A program made the translations under genes and the position numbers. A stretch of DNA of 64,000 nucleotides from Bifidobacteriaceae bacterium (GTDB lineage Bacteria; Actinomycetota; Actinomycetes; Actinomycetales; WQXJ01). The notes under the pieces were generated by a model, which saw nothing but the letters and a program-made list of their open reading frames with translations, did no database searches and was not told the origin of the DNA. Below are positions 39,765 to 48,429 of the stretch, piece after piece (position 1 is the stretch's first letter; every line of letters begins with the position of its first letter). The stretch spans positions 43,992-107,991 of the forward strand of contig JAIRXP010000051.1 of NCBI GenBank assembly GCA_031268215.1, read 5' to 3'.

Positions 39765-39784
39765 CGGGGGTAATAGCACTTAGG
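39765..39784 (-). promoter_or_regulatory. conserved upstream motif shared by both LPXTG paralogs (sense: TAAGTGCTATTACCCCCG)
   Basis: 56-75 nt upstream of start 39709. Its counterpart is at 42384-42406 (sense: TAAGTACTACTACCCCCG). Promoter or operator candidate. Confidence 0.4.
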
Positions 39785-39932
39785 TCCAAAGCTATCATTG
39801 TGCGCTGGGTGGGTCAACGCGGGCTCAGCGACGTGTCTGGGCGAACCAGAGCCGGCCCAATTCGTCAAAGTTGAACTGGCCGGACGGCCCAGATGCGCGG
39901 ACGGGGCCCGCATTTTAGCAGCGAGCGGCGCA

Positions 39933-39967
39933 CTTGAATCAGAGTAATCGAAGGCGCCTGATTCAAG
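39933..39967. repeat. perfect 10-bp inverted repeat CTTGAATCAG-n15-CTGATTCAAG
   Basis: Read directly from the sequence. It sits between the two LPXTG paralogs, about 225-260 nt upstream of the paralog 1 start, in locally AT-richer sequence. Confidence 0.8.
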
Positions 39968-40032
39968 GGATGCATTTGAACCACACCATTCGCACCCGCG
40001 CTAAATGGCTCCGTGGATCCGGACAAGACAAT

Positions 40033-40069
40033 GGGGGCGGGTCAGGCACTAAGTACCTGACCCGCCCCC
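40033..40069 (-). terminator. 14-bp perfect GC-rich hairpin downstream of LPXTG paralog 2
   Basis: GGGGGCGGGTCAGG-cactaagta-CCTGACCCGCCCCC, 28 nt after the stop at 40097. The arm sequence resembles the 37327 hairpin (GGGGGCGG[G/T]TC[A/T]GG). Confidence 0.6.
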
Positions 40070-40096
40070 GGTTGGGCGCGGACGCTTCAATCCGCT

Positions 40097-42322
40097 CTAG
40101 CTGGTGACCCTCCGGCGCGAGGCCCAGCGCAGGGCCAGGCCGCTGCCAATGGCGAGGACCCCCGCCCCGCCCAGGATCATCAGGCCCTGCGGGCCGGTGA
40201 ACGGCAGGGTGTCGCCCGTACCGTCATCGCCCGCACCCGAGCCATCGCCTGGATCGCCAGCGCCGGCACCGCCACCCGCTGGCGGAATGGCCGGATCCTC
40301 CGGCGGCGTAGGCGGATCCATGCCTTTCGAGGCCTCCAGGTAGGTTACAACGACCGTCTCATCAACGGGCTCAGTGGTGCTTCCCGTGACTGGCGGAATG
40401 GCCGGCACAACCGCGATCGAAGGCTCGTAGCCATCAACTGCCGGAGAAATGACCTCCGGGTATCCGTCGGTGTTCGAGTAGGTGGTACCGCCGGTCACGT
40501 TGTCGTGATCGGCCTGCCAGACGACTGTCTGCACAACGTCTGCCGGGCGGAGGTCGTCAGGCAGACCAACGTAAACGATGGTACGGTCCACCGAGATGGC
40601 GGCCGAACTCTGGCTGTGGCCCAGATTGACCGTGATCACTTGCGTGGTGTTCGGGTCGTTATCGAAGGTGTCGACGTTGTCAATTGAGACCAGTTCGTAA
40701 CCCTCGGGCACGCCGTTGAGCGCATCGGCCTCGGTGAAGCCAACCGGATCTCCCGCGTTGCCAGTCAACTGCGTGGTCGCCCCGGCGGACGGCTCCACAG
40801 GAGAGTTGCCATTGTCGTTATCGACGTAGGAGATGTCCACTACCTGATCACCAGCGGCCGCTGAACCTTCCGTCAGGATGGTTGTGTCCGTCGCGGTGTT
40901 GTTGGCTGGGCTCAGATCCGGCGGAGCCGACGGGTCATAGGTGGTGGTGCCAGTTACTGTCACCACGTCTCCCGGCTTCGCATCAGAGGTGGTTGTCCAG
41001 TCGACTGTGTAGGTGATCGAGTCGCACGGGTCCAGGGTCGTGGTAGGCCAAGTGATCTGCGTACCACCAGCGCTGCCAGGCGTGGCTGTGCCACCACCGG
41101 ACACGGCGTTCACGGTGACCGGTCCCTGCACTTCAACTGTGGTTTCGACTAGCTCGGCTGGAGCCTGGCCCCCATTAGTGACAGTCACAGTGTGAGTGCC
41201 TGGGGTACCGATTGGGCTTTCGGCCTGGCCGTCAGTGACGGTAATGGAGAGGTCGGGTCGTTCCACCACCGAGGCGACGCAACCGGCCAGTACGGCGTCC
41301 AGAACCGGCTTCGGGTCCTTGAGGAACTGCATGAGGTCGAAGTGGGCGCCGCCGCTGTTGGTGGCGAGGTCTTGATAGGCCTTGACGTCCCAATGGGTGG
41401 GATTCACCACCGAGAACAGGGTCGCGTCGTTCGCGGCGAGAGCATTCGCCGCGTCCTGAACACTCGCGGTGTTGGTCTGGGTCCTCTCGTCGCCAATCAG
41501 CACCAGGCAAGCGGCCGCTTCCTTCCGTATGCCGTTCTTGGACTGAAGGGCGTGGACAATCGCGTCGGTGCCCCATTCGCGGCCGCCGATCGAGTCAAGC
41601 GTCGTCAGGGCCCGGCTGAAATCGCTCAGCGAGTCGGTGGCCGGGATGACGGTGTAGGGCGCCTCGTTGAACTTCTGCAACGCCCCAAAGCCGACCAGGC
41701 CGAGCTGAGGGTCGATCTCCTGGGCGAGCTTCGTAGCGATGTCTGAGACTCTGTCCTGGATCGGTTGGTGGTACGGGTAAGTCGAACCCGATTCGTCGAC
41801 CACGAAGATCACGTCAGCCTGTGGCTTGCCGAAGCTGGCGAAGTTGTTGGCGTCTTGGATCGGGCCGAAGCGGTCGTGGGAGTTGTCGGGCGAGTCGACC
41901 AGCGTGGCCGTCACTGGCAGGTTGCTGGTCCGCGGGATGCGGACTTCAGCTTCGCCTTTGTAGTCAGTGGTGACGGTGGTGCAGAAGTCGCCGATCTTGA
42001 CCTGAACCTTCGCGCCGCTGAGTTCATTCCAGTTGGAGTAGCCCCAGGCTTTGACCCGGACCGTGACTTCGCCGCCCGTGGCGGTGCCAGCGATGGGGTA
42101 GACCGACAAGTAGGGCGTGTTTTCTTTCTGGGGTGTTGTGGCGCCGGATGTCACGGCGGACGCCACCATGCCGCCGAGCGCGAGGGCTACGGCGGCGCCA
42201 CCGGCGACGATGTGGAGCATCGGCCGTTTGGCGTTGCTGCGCAACCAGCGGCCGAAGCGGCCGCGGGCCGGCTTTGGGGCACCAGAAACTGAACTGGTGA
42301 CTGTGGGATTGTGGGATGTCAT
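40097..42322 (-). CDS. LPXTG-anchored surface protein: VWA (MIDAS) domain, DUF11-like repeat and MucBP-like repeats (paralog 2)
   Basis: Start at ATG 42322 (MTSHNPTV..., GAGG upstream). VIFVVDESGST. DLSITVTDG...VTNGG. VDISYVD...PEGYEL. C-terminal LPFTG, a hydrophobic helix and RRR. By eye roughly half the residues match paralog 1 across the alignable N-terminal part. Confidence 0.8.
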   Translation of the reverse strand: MTSHNPTVTSSVSGAPKPARGRFGRWLRSNAKRPMLHIVAGGAAVALALGGMVASAVTSGATTPQKENTPYLSVYPIAGTATGGEVTVRVKAWGYSNWNELSGAKVQVKIGDFCTTVTTDYKGEAEVRIPRTSNLPVTATLVDSPDNSHDRFGPIQDANNFASFGKPQADVIFVVDESGSTYPYHQPIQDRVSDIATKLAQEIDPQLGLVGFGALQKFNEAPYTVIPATDSLSDFSRALTTLDSIGGREWGTDAIVHALQSKNGIRKEAAACLVLIGDERTQTNTASVQDAANALAANDATLFSVVNPTHWDVKAYQDLATNSGGAHFDLMQFLKDPKPVLDAVLAGCVASVVERPDLSITVTDGQAESPIGTPGTHTVTVTNGGQAPAELVETTVEVQGPVTVNAVSGGGTATPGSAGGTQITWPTTTLDPCDSITYTVDWTTTSDAKPGDVVTVTGTTTYDPSAPPDLSPANNTATDTTILTEGSAAAGDQVVDISYVDNDNGNSPVEPSAGATTQLTGNAGDPVGFTEADALNGVPEGYELVSIDNVDTFDNDPNTTQVITVNLGHSQSSAAISVDRTIVYVGLPDDLRPADVVQTVVWQADHDNVTGGTTYSNTDGYPEVISPAVDGYEPSIAVVPAIPPVTGSTTEPVDETVVVTYLEASKGMDPPTPPEDPAIPPAGGGAGAGDPGDGSGAGDDGTGDTLPFTGPQGLMILGGAGVLAIGSGLALRWASRRRVTS

Positions 42323-42383
42323 TGTCCGAACCTCAGTAGATCTAAGGCTCCCGCATTGGCTAGGGATTAGCCTCCGCGAGAGG

Positions 42384-42406
42384 CGGGGGTAGTAGTACTT
42401 ACTGGA
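42384..42406 (-). promoter_or_regulatory. second copy of the conserved upstream motif (sense: CCAGTAAGTACTACTACCCCCG)
   Basis: 62-84 nt upstream of start 42322, the same relative position as 39765-39784. Confidence 0.4.
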
Positions 42407-42572
42407 AAACCTAGCAGGCCGCGGGCGGGACGTCAAAACGGCGCGCCAGGCGCGCCTTCCGAAGCGGGTTACGCCCGTTCTCCTGCGTAGTTAGAGCGGA
42501 AATCAATCAAGTCTGGGAATCAGGGGCCTGGCATGATAGCACGGGTCCGCAAGTCCGCATACCGTGAGCAGA

Positions 42573-42604
42573 CGTCCCGCTTCGGCGGCCGCGGAAGCGG
42601 GACG
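42573..42604 (-). terminator. 11-bp hairpin immediately downstream of the acyl-CoA carboxylase alpha gene
   Basis: CGTCCCGCTTC-ggcggccgcg-GAAGCGGGACG, 14 nt beyond the stop at 42618. Confidence 0.5.
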
Positions 42605-42617
42605 CACTCTAAAGGGG

Positions 42618-44408
42618 CTATTGGACAACGCCCAGAAGATGGCCGCTGGATACCCGCTGGCCAGGTTCGGCGTTCAGTTTGGTGACGGTGCCGGCGCGCG
42701 GAGCCGTCAGGGGTTGCTCCATCTTCATGGCCTCCAGGACCACCACAAGATCGCCCTCAGCGACGGAGTCGCCCTCAGCCACAGCCACCCGTACCACGGT
42801 GCCCTGCATCGGCGCTACGACGGATCCGCTGCTGGTTCGACCACCCCGGCTACCAGCCGTCTTCTTGGGTGTGCGCCGAGGCGCCAGGGGAGCGGCCGGT
42901 CCGGTGGCCGGGCTGGCCACCGCCGAGCCAGCCAACGGGGCCGGAAGTACCACCTCAAGCCGTTTTCCGCCCACCTCAACGATCATTCGCGAAGTCGCGG
43001 GCACCGGCGGCAACTCGGGGTCCAAGGCGGTCGCCGGCGGCAAGGCCGCCACCACCGGAGCGAAATCAGTGTCCACCCAGCGGGTGTGGACGGTGAATTG
43101 GCCCGGTGCCGCGGCCGTGAAGGTCGGGTCTTCCAAGACGGTTCGGTGGAAATGTTTGACCGTGCCCACGCCCTCCACCTTCAGCTCGGCCAGGGCCCGT
43201 CGTCCTCGGGCCAAGGCCTGCGCTCGGTCGCGCCCCCGGACGATCACCTTTCCGATCAACGAGTCATAGGAACCAGTCAGGGCGTCACCAGCCTCGTAGC
43301 CAAAGTCACAGCGCACCCCCGGCCCTCCCGGCAGGCGCAGCGACCTGATCATCCCGGGGGAGGGCAAGAATCCGTTGGCCGGATCCTCAGCGTTGATGCG
43401 GAATTCGATGGCATGGCCGTAGGCCAGAACGTCCGTGTAGCCCAACTCTTCGCCGGCGGCGATCCGCAGTTGTTCACGTACCAAGTCCACGCCGGTGACC
43501 TCTTCGGTTACCGGATGCTCCACCTGGAGACGAGGATTGATCTCCATGAAGAAGACTTCACCCGCTGCGGAAACCAAGAATTCGCAGGTCGCGGCGCCGG
43601 TGTAGGCCGCCTTAGTCAGCAGCGCCCGGGAAGCTGAACGTAGCCGCTCATCCTGATCCGGAGACAAGAAAGGCGCCGGAGCCTCCTCGACCAGTTTCTG
43701 ATGCCGGCGCTGGACTGTGCAATCACGGGTAGACACCACCGCCACAGTTCCCTGAGCGTCCGCCAGGCATTGGGTCTCAACGTGCCGGGGGCGGGCCAGG
43801 AACAGTTCCACGAAGCACTCCGGGCGTCCAAATGCGGCCTGTGATTCACGTTGGCAGGTGGCCAGGGCCGGGCCCGCTTGTACCGCCGACTCAACGACTC
43901 GCATGCCGCGCCCGCCGCCCCCGTAACAGGCCTTGATCACTAGCGGATAGCCGTATTCGGCGCCGAACCGTTCAACGTCCGCGGCCGAATCCACTGGGCC
44001 ATCGCTAGCGGGGACCATCGACACGCCTGCCCGGGCGGCCAGGGCCCGGGCCGAGACCTTATTGGAGACCAGCTCCAGTGCGGCGGGTGACGGTCCTATC
44101 CAGATCAGCCCAGCCCGGCCGGCCGCCTGAGCCAGCTCGGCGGATTCGGCCAGAAATCCGTAACCGGGGTGAACGGCATCGGCGCCCGCTTTGAGGGCTA
44201 CGGCGACAATGGCCGCCGGGTTCAGATAGGTGTCCGATGCCGTCTGGCCGGGTAACGCAAAGGCTTCGTCCGCCACCCGGACGTGCATGGCGTCACGGTC
44301 TTCTGGGCTGTATACCGCCACTGAGCGGATACCGGCTTCGGTGCAGGCCCGGGCGATCCTGACCGCGATCTCCCCGCGGTTGGCGATCAAGAGACTTGAG
44401 AACACCAT
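42618..44408 (-). CDS. acetyl/propionyl-CoA carboxylase alpha subunit (biotin carboxylase plus BCCP; AccA3/BccA-like)
   Basis: 596 aa. LIANRGEIAVRI, ATP-grasp GGGGRGMR, biotinylation motif LEAMKME. Confidence 0.92.
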   Translation of the reverse strand: MVFSSLLIANRGEIAVRIARACTEAGIRSVAVYSPEDRDAMHVRVADEAFALPGQTASDTYLNPAAIVAVALKAGADAVHPGYGFLAESAELAQAAGRAGLIWIGPSPAALELVSNKVSARALAARAGVSMVPASDGPVDSAADVERFGAEYGYPLVIKACYGGGGRGMRVVESAVQAGPALATCQRESQAAFGRPECFVELFLARPRHVETQCLADAQGTVAVVSTRDCTVQRRHQKLVEEAPAPFLSPDQDERLRSASRALLTKAAYTGAATCEFLVSAAGEVFFMEINPRLQVEHPVTEEVTGVDLVREQLRIAAGEELGYTDVLAYGHAIEFRINAEDPANGFLPSPGMIRSLRLPGGPGVRCDFGYEAGDALTGSYDSLIGKVIVRGRDRAQALARGRRALAELKVEGVGTVKHFHRTVLEDPTFTAAAPGQFTVHTRWVDTDFAPVVAALPPATALDPELPPVPATSRMIVEVGGKRLEVVLPAPLAGSAVASPATGPAAPLAPRRTPKKTAGSRGGRTSSGSVVAPMQGTVVRVAVAEGDSVAEGDLVVVLEAMKMEQPLTAPRAGTVTKLNAEPGQRVSSGHLLGVVQ

Positions 44409-44483
44409 TACACGGTAAGCCGGACTGGCCTCCGCCGGCGCCGCTGCGAGGGGCGGTTTCCGGCGCGACCTTTTGTTGATCGT

Positions 44484-45125
44484 CTACAAAAGGCCGGGCC
44501 GCCACAAGTCACACACGGACAGTCCGAAGCGGCCCAGCAACTGGCGCAGCACCGGGAGGGACAACCCCACCACGCCATGGTGGTCGCCTTCCACGCCCTC
44601 AATGAATGGGCCGCCCAGACCATCAATTGTGAAAGCGCCAGCTACCGCCAAAGGTTCCCCGGTGGCGACATAGGCGGCGATCTCGGCGTCGGTGATCTGG
44701 CCGAATCTAACAATGGTGGAGGACACCTGGCCCTCGCCCCGGCGCTGGCTGGCCGCTTGGGCTGGTCCGGCCAGCCAATGACCAGTGTGCAAAGTGGCCC
44801 GGCGGCCGGACTGCTGGCGGATCCGCCGGGCCGCGTCCGGCGGGCCGGTTGGCTTGCCAAGGACTTCGCCATCCAGTTCCAGCATTGAATCGCAGCCCAG
44901 CACAAGAGCTTTGGGAGGAGCAGATGGTGCCGCGGCCTCGGCTTTGGCGCGGGCTAGGGCCAGAACTTGACCGGCCGGCCCGAGCCCAGGGCTGGCGGCC
45001 TTAGCGTCCGCCAGAACCGCTTCCTCATCTATGCCGGTGGCCAGCACGGTTGGGTCTATTCCGGCGGCGCGCAAAGTGGCCAACCGGGCCGGCGAAGCGG
45101 AGGCGAGGATTAGAAGTTCCGCCAT
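44484..45125 (-). CDS. maf: Maf-like nucleoside triphosphate pyrophosphatase
   Basis: 213 aa. LILASASPAR..L N-terminus, GCDSML, GAFTIDG. Confidence 0.85.
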   Translation of the reverse strand: MAELLILASASPARLATLRAAGIDPTVLATGIDEEAVLADAKAASPGLGPAGQVLALARAKAEAAAPSAPPKALVLGCDSMLELDGEVLGKPTGPPDAARRIRQQSGRRATLHTGHWLAGPAQAASQRRGEGQVSSTIVRFGQITDAEIAAYVATGEPLAVAGAFTIDGLGGPFIEGVEGDHHGVVGLSLPVLRQLLGRFGLSVCDLWRPGLL

Positions 45126-45226
45126 TGGGTGCTCCTTAGGTGGTGGGAGGCCAGCTCAGGGAGAGGCTGGCCAGCCGGGGTTTGGGTGCTCCGGGCTGGG
45201 CGACTAATGGCTGGCGACCGTGCGGG

Positions 45227-45706
45227 TTAACCGGTGAAAGGCCGGACGGCTTTGACGGTGGCGGAGATTTCCTTGCCCGCTGGGGTCGAATAGCTGCGGG
45301 TCTCGCCAACCTTGGCGCCAACTAAGGCGGCGCCAATTGGCGACTGTTCGGAGTAGACGGTCAGCTCAGAACCGGCGGCGACCTCACGTGAACCGAGCAG
45401 GAAGTCGCGTTGGCGGCCACCAATGTCCGCTGTTACCACCATGCCAGGCTGGACCGTTGAGTAGTCCGTTGGTGCTTCGCCAACTAGGGCGTCTTGAAGT
45501 AGCGCCTTCAGGCTGGCGATCCGTCCAGCCATCTTGCCTTGCTCTTCGCGGGCGGCGTGGTACCCGCCGTTTTCCTTCAGGTCGCCTTCGGCGCGGGCGG
45601 CTTCGATCTTCTTGACCACCTCCGCCATGCCCTCACCTTGAAGGAACTCCAATTCGTGGGCTAGGCGGTCGTACGCCTCCTGGGTTAGCCAAGTCGTTTC
45701 GGTCAT
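45227..45706 (-). CDS. greA: transcription elongation factor GreA
   Basis: 159 aa. TWLTQEAYDRL...EGDLKENGGYHAAREEQ. Confidence 0.92.
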   Translation of the reverse strand: MTETTWLTQEAYDRLAHELEFLQGEGMAEVVKKIEAARAEGDLKENGGYHAAREEQGKMAGRIASLKALLQDALVGEAPTDYSTVQPGMVVTADIGGRQRDFLLGSREVAAGSELTVYSEQSPIGAALVGAKVGETRSYSTPAGKEISATVKAVRPFTG

Positions 45707-45939
45707 CGCGATTGCTCCTGCTGTTATTGGTCATGCCGGGGCGCGGTCCCTGAGGCGGTGGCGCCGAGCCACTGCCCCAGCCGCGCCGACCGGGTGCGGC
45801 GCGGCCAGACGCCGTATTTCACCGGCGCCCCGGGGCCGCCGCGCCAATTCCGGACAGCCCAGTGTAAGCGATCCGGGGGTGGAACCGGCTGATTGCGAGT
45901 TCTGGCCGCGTCCCGAAGCCAAGACGGACGCACCGCGTT

Positions 45940-45969
45940 TTGACCATCTGGCCAAAGCCGGGCTAACCT
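45940..45969 (+). promoter_or_regulatory. candidate sigma-70-type promoter for rplM-rpsI-glmM (TTGACC-n18-TAACCT)
   Basis: TTGACC at 45940-45945, an 18-nt spacer, then TAACCT at 45964-45969. This leaves a leader of about 95 nt with complementary GCGTCCC...GGGACGC ends before the GTG at 46071. Confidence 0.35.
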
Positions 45970-46070
45970 AGAGCGTCCCGTGTGCGCACTGGCCGAGGCT
46001 GGCGCATGCCCGCCCGGAGGCGGTACGCGATGGGGACGCCACCTTGTCAATAAGTGAGGTTTAGAGAACT

Positions 46071-46514
46071 GTGCGCACGTACAACCCGAAGCCCAGTGAC
46101 GTCGAGCGAGCCTGGCACGTGATCGACGCGACTGATGTGGTCCTGGGCCGTCTAGCCACCCACGTGGCTACTCTGCTGCGAGGCAAGCACAAGGCCTTGT
46201 TCGCGCCGCACCTTGACACCGGCGATTACGTGATCGTGATCAATGCCGGGAAAGTCGCCCTGACCGGCGACAAAGCGGCCCAGAAGAAGGCCTACCGCCA
46301 TTCGGGCTATCCGGGAGGATTGAAGGCCGTCAGCTATGGTGAATTGCTGGCCAAGCGCCCCGAAGAAGTGGTCCGCAAGGCCGTGCGTGGCATGCTGCCC
46401 AAGAATCGTCTGGCCAGCCAGCAGTTGGCGAAGCTGAAGATTTACGCTGGTCCAACCCACCCCCACACCGCCCAGCAACCCGAAGCTTACGACCTAACGC
46501 GGGTCGCGCAGTAA
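46071..46514 (+). CDS. rplM: 50S ribosomal protein L13
   Basis: 147 aa. [20 protein letters not shown]... Confidence 0.95.
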   Translation: MRTYNPKPSDVERAWHVIDATDVVLGRLATHVATLLRGKHKALFAPHLDTGDYVIVINAGKVALTGDKAAQKKAYRHSGYPGGLKAVSYGELLAKRPEEVVRKAVRGMLPKNRLASQQLAKLKIYAGPTHPHTAQQPEAYDLTRVAQ

Positions 46515-46536
46515 GAAGCGATATTCAAGGAGAAAT

Positions 46537-47022
46537 GTGACCGAGACTGAACTCGACACCCACGTCGAGGAAGAGACCCCGTCCTTTTATACTTCCCAGA
46601 CCCCGGACACCCCTGGCCTAGGCCAGAGTCTGGTGGCGGCGGGGCGGGCGCTGGGGCGCCGCAAAGAGGCGATCGCGCGGGTGCGCCTGGTGCCAGGCGG
46701 CGGACAGTGGACCATCAATGGCCGCACCCTGGAGGACTACTTTCCCAACAAGCTGCACCAACAACTGGTGCGGTCACCGTTCACTTTGCTGGACATTGAG
46801 GGCAAGTTCGATGTGATCGCGCGGATTGACGGCGGCGGCATCTCCGGCCAGGCCGGGGCGCTGCGACTGGGCGTGGCCCGGGCGCTGAACGCGATTGACG
46901 AAGAGCACAACCGTCCAGCGCTGAAGAAGGCTGGATACCTGACCAGGGACGCACGCGTGACGGAGCGCAAGAAGGCTGGTCTGAAGAAGGCGCGCAAGGC
47001 GCCTCAGTACTCGAAGCGCTAG
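46537..47022 (+). CDS. rpsI: 30S ribosomal protein S9
   Basis: 161 aa. [12 protein letters not shown]...[14 protein letters not shown]...KAPQYSKR. Confidence 0.95.
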   Translation: MTETELDTHVEEETPSFYTSQTPDTPGLGQSLVAAGRALGRRKEAIARVRLVPGGGQWTINGRTLEDYFPNKLHQQLVRSPFTLLDIEGKFDVIARIDGGGISGQAGALRLGVARALNAIDEEHNRPALKKAGYLTRDARVTERKKAGLKKARKAPQYSKR

Positions 47023-47031
47023 CAAGGACCA

Positions 47032-48429
47032 ATGGCGCGGCTTTTTGGCACCGATGGGGTGCGCGGCCTAGCCGGGCGTGTGATTACCGGTGAGTTGGCG
47101 ATGCGTCTGGCTGCGGCCGTGGCGCGCGAACTGGAGGCAGAAGAGGGCCTTGGTTATGGGGCCAATGCTGCCCCGCCAGTGCTTGATCACCGGCGTGATG
47201 GCCGGCCACGGCGCCTCCGGGGCATAATCGGGACCGATTCTCGGATTTCGGGTGACATGCTGGCGGCCGCTTGCGCCGCCGGCCTGGCCTCAGCGGGCGT
47301 TGACGTTGTTCTGGCTGGGGTCATTCCGACTCCCGGCCTGGCCTACTTGACTCGCACCGACGGCTTTGACGTTGGGGTCATGATCTCGGCCTCGCACAAC
47401 CCCTACCAGGACAACGGCATCAAGTTCTTCTCTTCCACCGGTTACAAGCTGCCCGATGCCGTCGAGGACGTTATCGAAGCCCGTCTAGCTGAGGATTGGG
47501 AGCCGGCCATAGGCGACACCCTTGGTGCCATCAAGACGGATGCCGCTGCCATTGACCGTTACATCGACTTTCTGGTTGACAGCGCGCCGCGGGGACTGGA
47601 TGGGATGAGGGTGGTCCTGGATTGCGCCAACGGCGCCTCGCACCGAGTGGCACCGGAAGTCTTTGGCCGTCTGGGCGCGGAGGTCATGCCGTTGGCGGTG
47701 CATCCGTCCGGTACCAATATCAACGCGGGAGTCGGATCGACTCATCCGGGCCTGCTCCAGCGGGCGGTTGTCGGGCTGGAGGCTCATGCGGGTTTCGCCT
47801 TCGATGGCGATGCCGACCGCTGCCTGGCGGTCGATGCCGCCGGCGAGTTGGTTGATGGCGACAAAATTATGGGCATCCTGGCGTTGGCGTTGAAGGAGCG
47901 GGGCGAATTGCCCGCCGAGACACTGGTCACCACGGTGATGTCCAATCTGGGGCTGTTCAAGGCCATGGAGGCGCACGGGATCGCAACCAAGGTGACGGCG
48001 GTCGGGGACCGTTATGTGCTGGAGGAAATGATCGCTGGAGGCTACGCCCTGGGTGGGGAGCAGTCCGGCCATGTCATCATGACCCGCCATGCGACGACCG
48101 GCGACGGCGTGCTAACGGCCGTCCAACTGGCTTGCCAGGTCCGGGCTGCGGGGAGTTCGCTGGGCGAACTGGCTGGCCAGATCGAGGCCTTCCCGCAGGT
48201 TCTGGTCAATGTGCCGGAAGTCGATAAGGGCCGGGTTCGCGCCGATGAACCGCTGAATGAGGCCTTGCGTCAAGCGCGAGCTGAACTGGGAGACATGGGC
48301 CGGGTGCTCCTGCGCGCTTCGGGTACTGAACCGTTAGTCCGGGTCATGGTCGAAGCTCCCACTATCGCTCAAGCCGAGGCAATGGCTGAACATCTGGCGA
48401 CTGTGGTCGCCCGGCGGTTGGGCCTGTGA
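47032..48429 (+). CDS. glmM: phosphoglucosamine mutase
   Basis: 465 aa. MARLFGTDGVRG, phosphoserine loop ISASHNP, FDGDADR, GGEQSGH. Confidence 0.93.
   Translation: MARLFGTDGVRGLAGRVITGELAMRLAAAVARELEAEEGLGYGANAAPPVLDHRRDGRPRRLRGIIGTDSRISGDMLAAACAAGLASAGVDVVLAGVIPTPGLAYLTRTDGFDVGVMISASHNPYQDNGIKFFSSTGYKLPDAVEDVIEARLAEDWEPAIGDTLGAIKTDAAAIDRYIDFLVDSAPRGLDGMRVVLDCANGASHRVAPEVFGRLGAEVMPLAVHPSGTNINAGVGSTHPGLLQRAVVGLEAHAGFAFDGDADRCLAVDAAGELVDGDKIMGILALALKERGELPAETLVTTVMSNLGLFKAMEAHGIATKVTAVGDRYVLEEMIAGGYALGGEQSGHVIMTRHATTGDGVLTAVQLACQVRAAGSSLGELAGQIEAFPQVLVNVPEVDKGRVRADEPLNEALRQARAELGDMGRVLLRASGTEPLVRVMVEAPTIAQAEAMAEHLATVVARRLGL

Noticed and set aside
39710-39913. 5' over-extensions of track ORFs. 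Examples: 37391..39913, 40097..42436, 49070..50419, 12130..13605, 35927..37246, 18033..18665, 15717..16187, 18553..19659, 32167..33645, 56728..57534, 1966..3114, 61175..62467.
   Set aside because: The extensions overlap neighbouring genes or intergenic promoters and look non-protein-like. Internal starts with SD-like sequences or stop/start overlaps give N-termini matching the known families.
45724-46050. ORFs 45724..46050(-) and 45731..45955(-) in the greA/rplM intergenic region.
   Set aside because: They are Arg/Pro/Ala-rich with no RBS, and they lie in a divergent promoter region. They are more likely non-coding.
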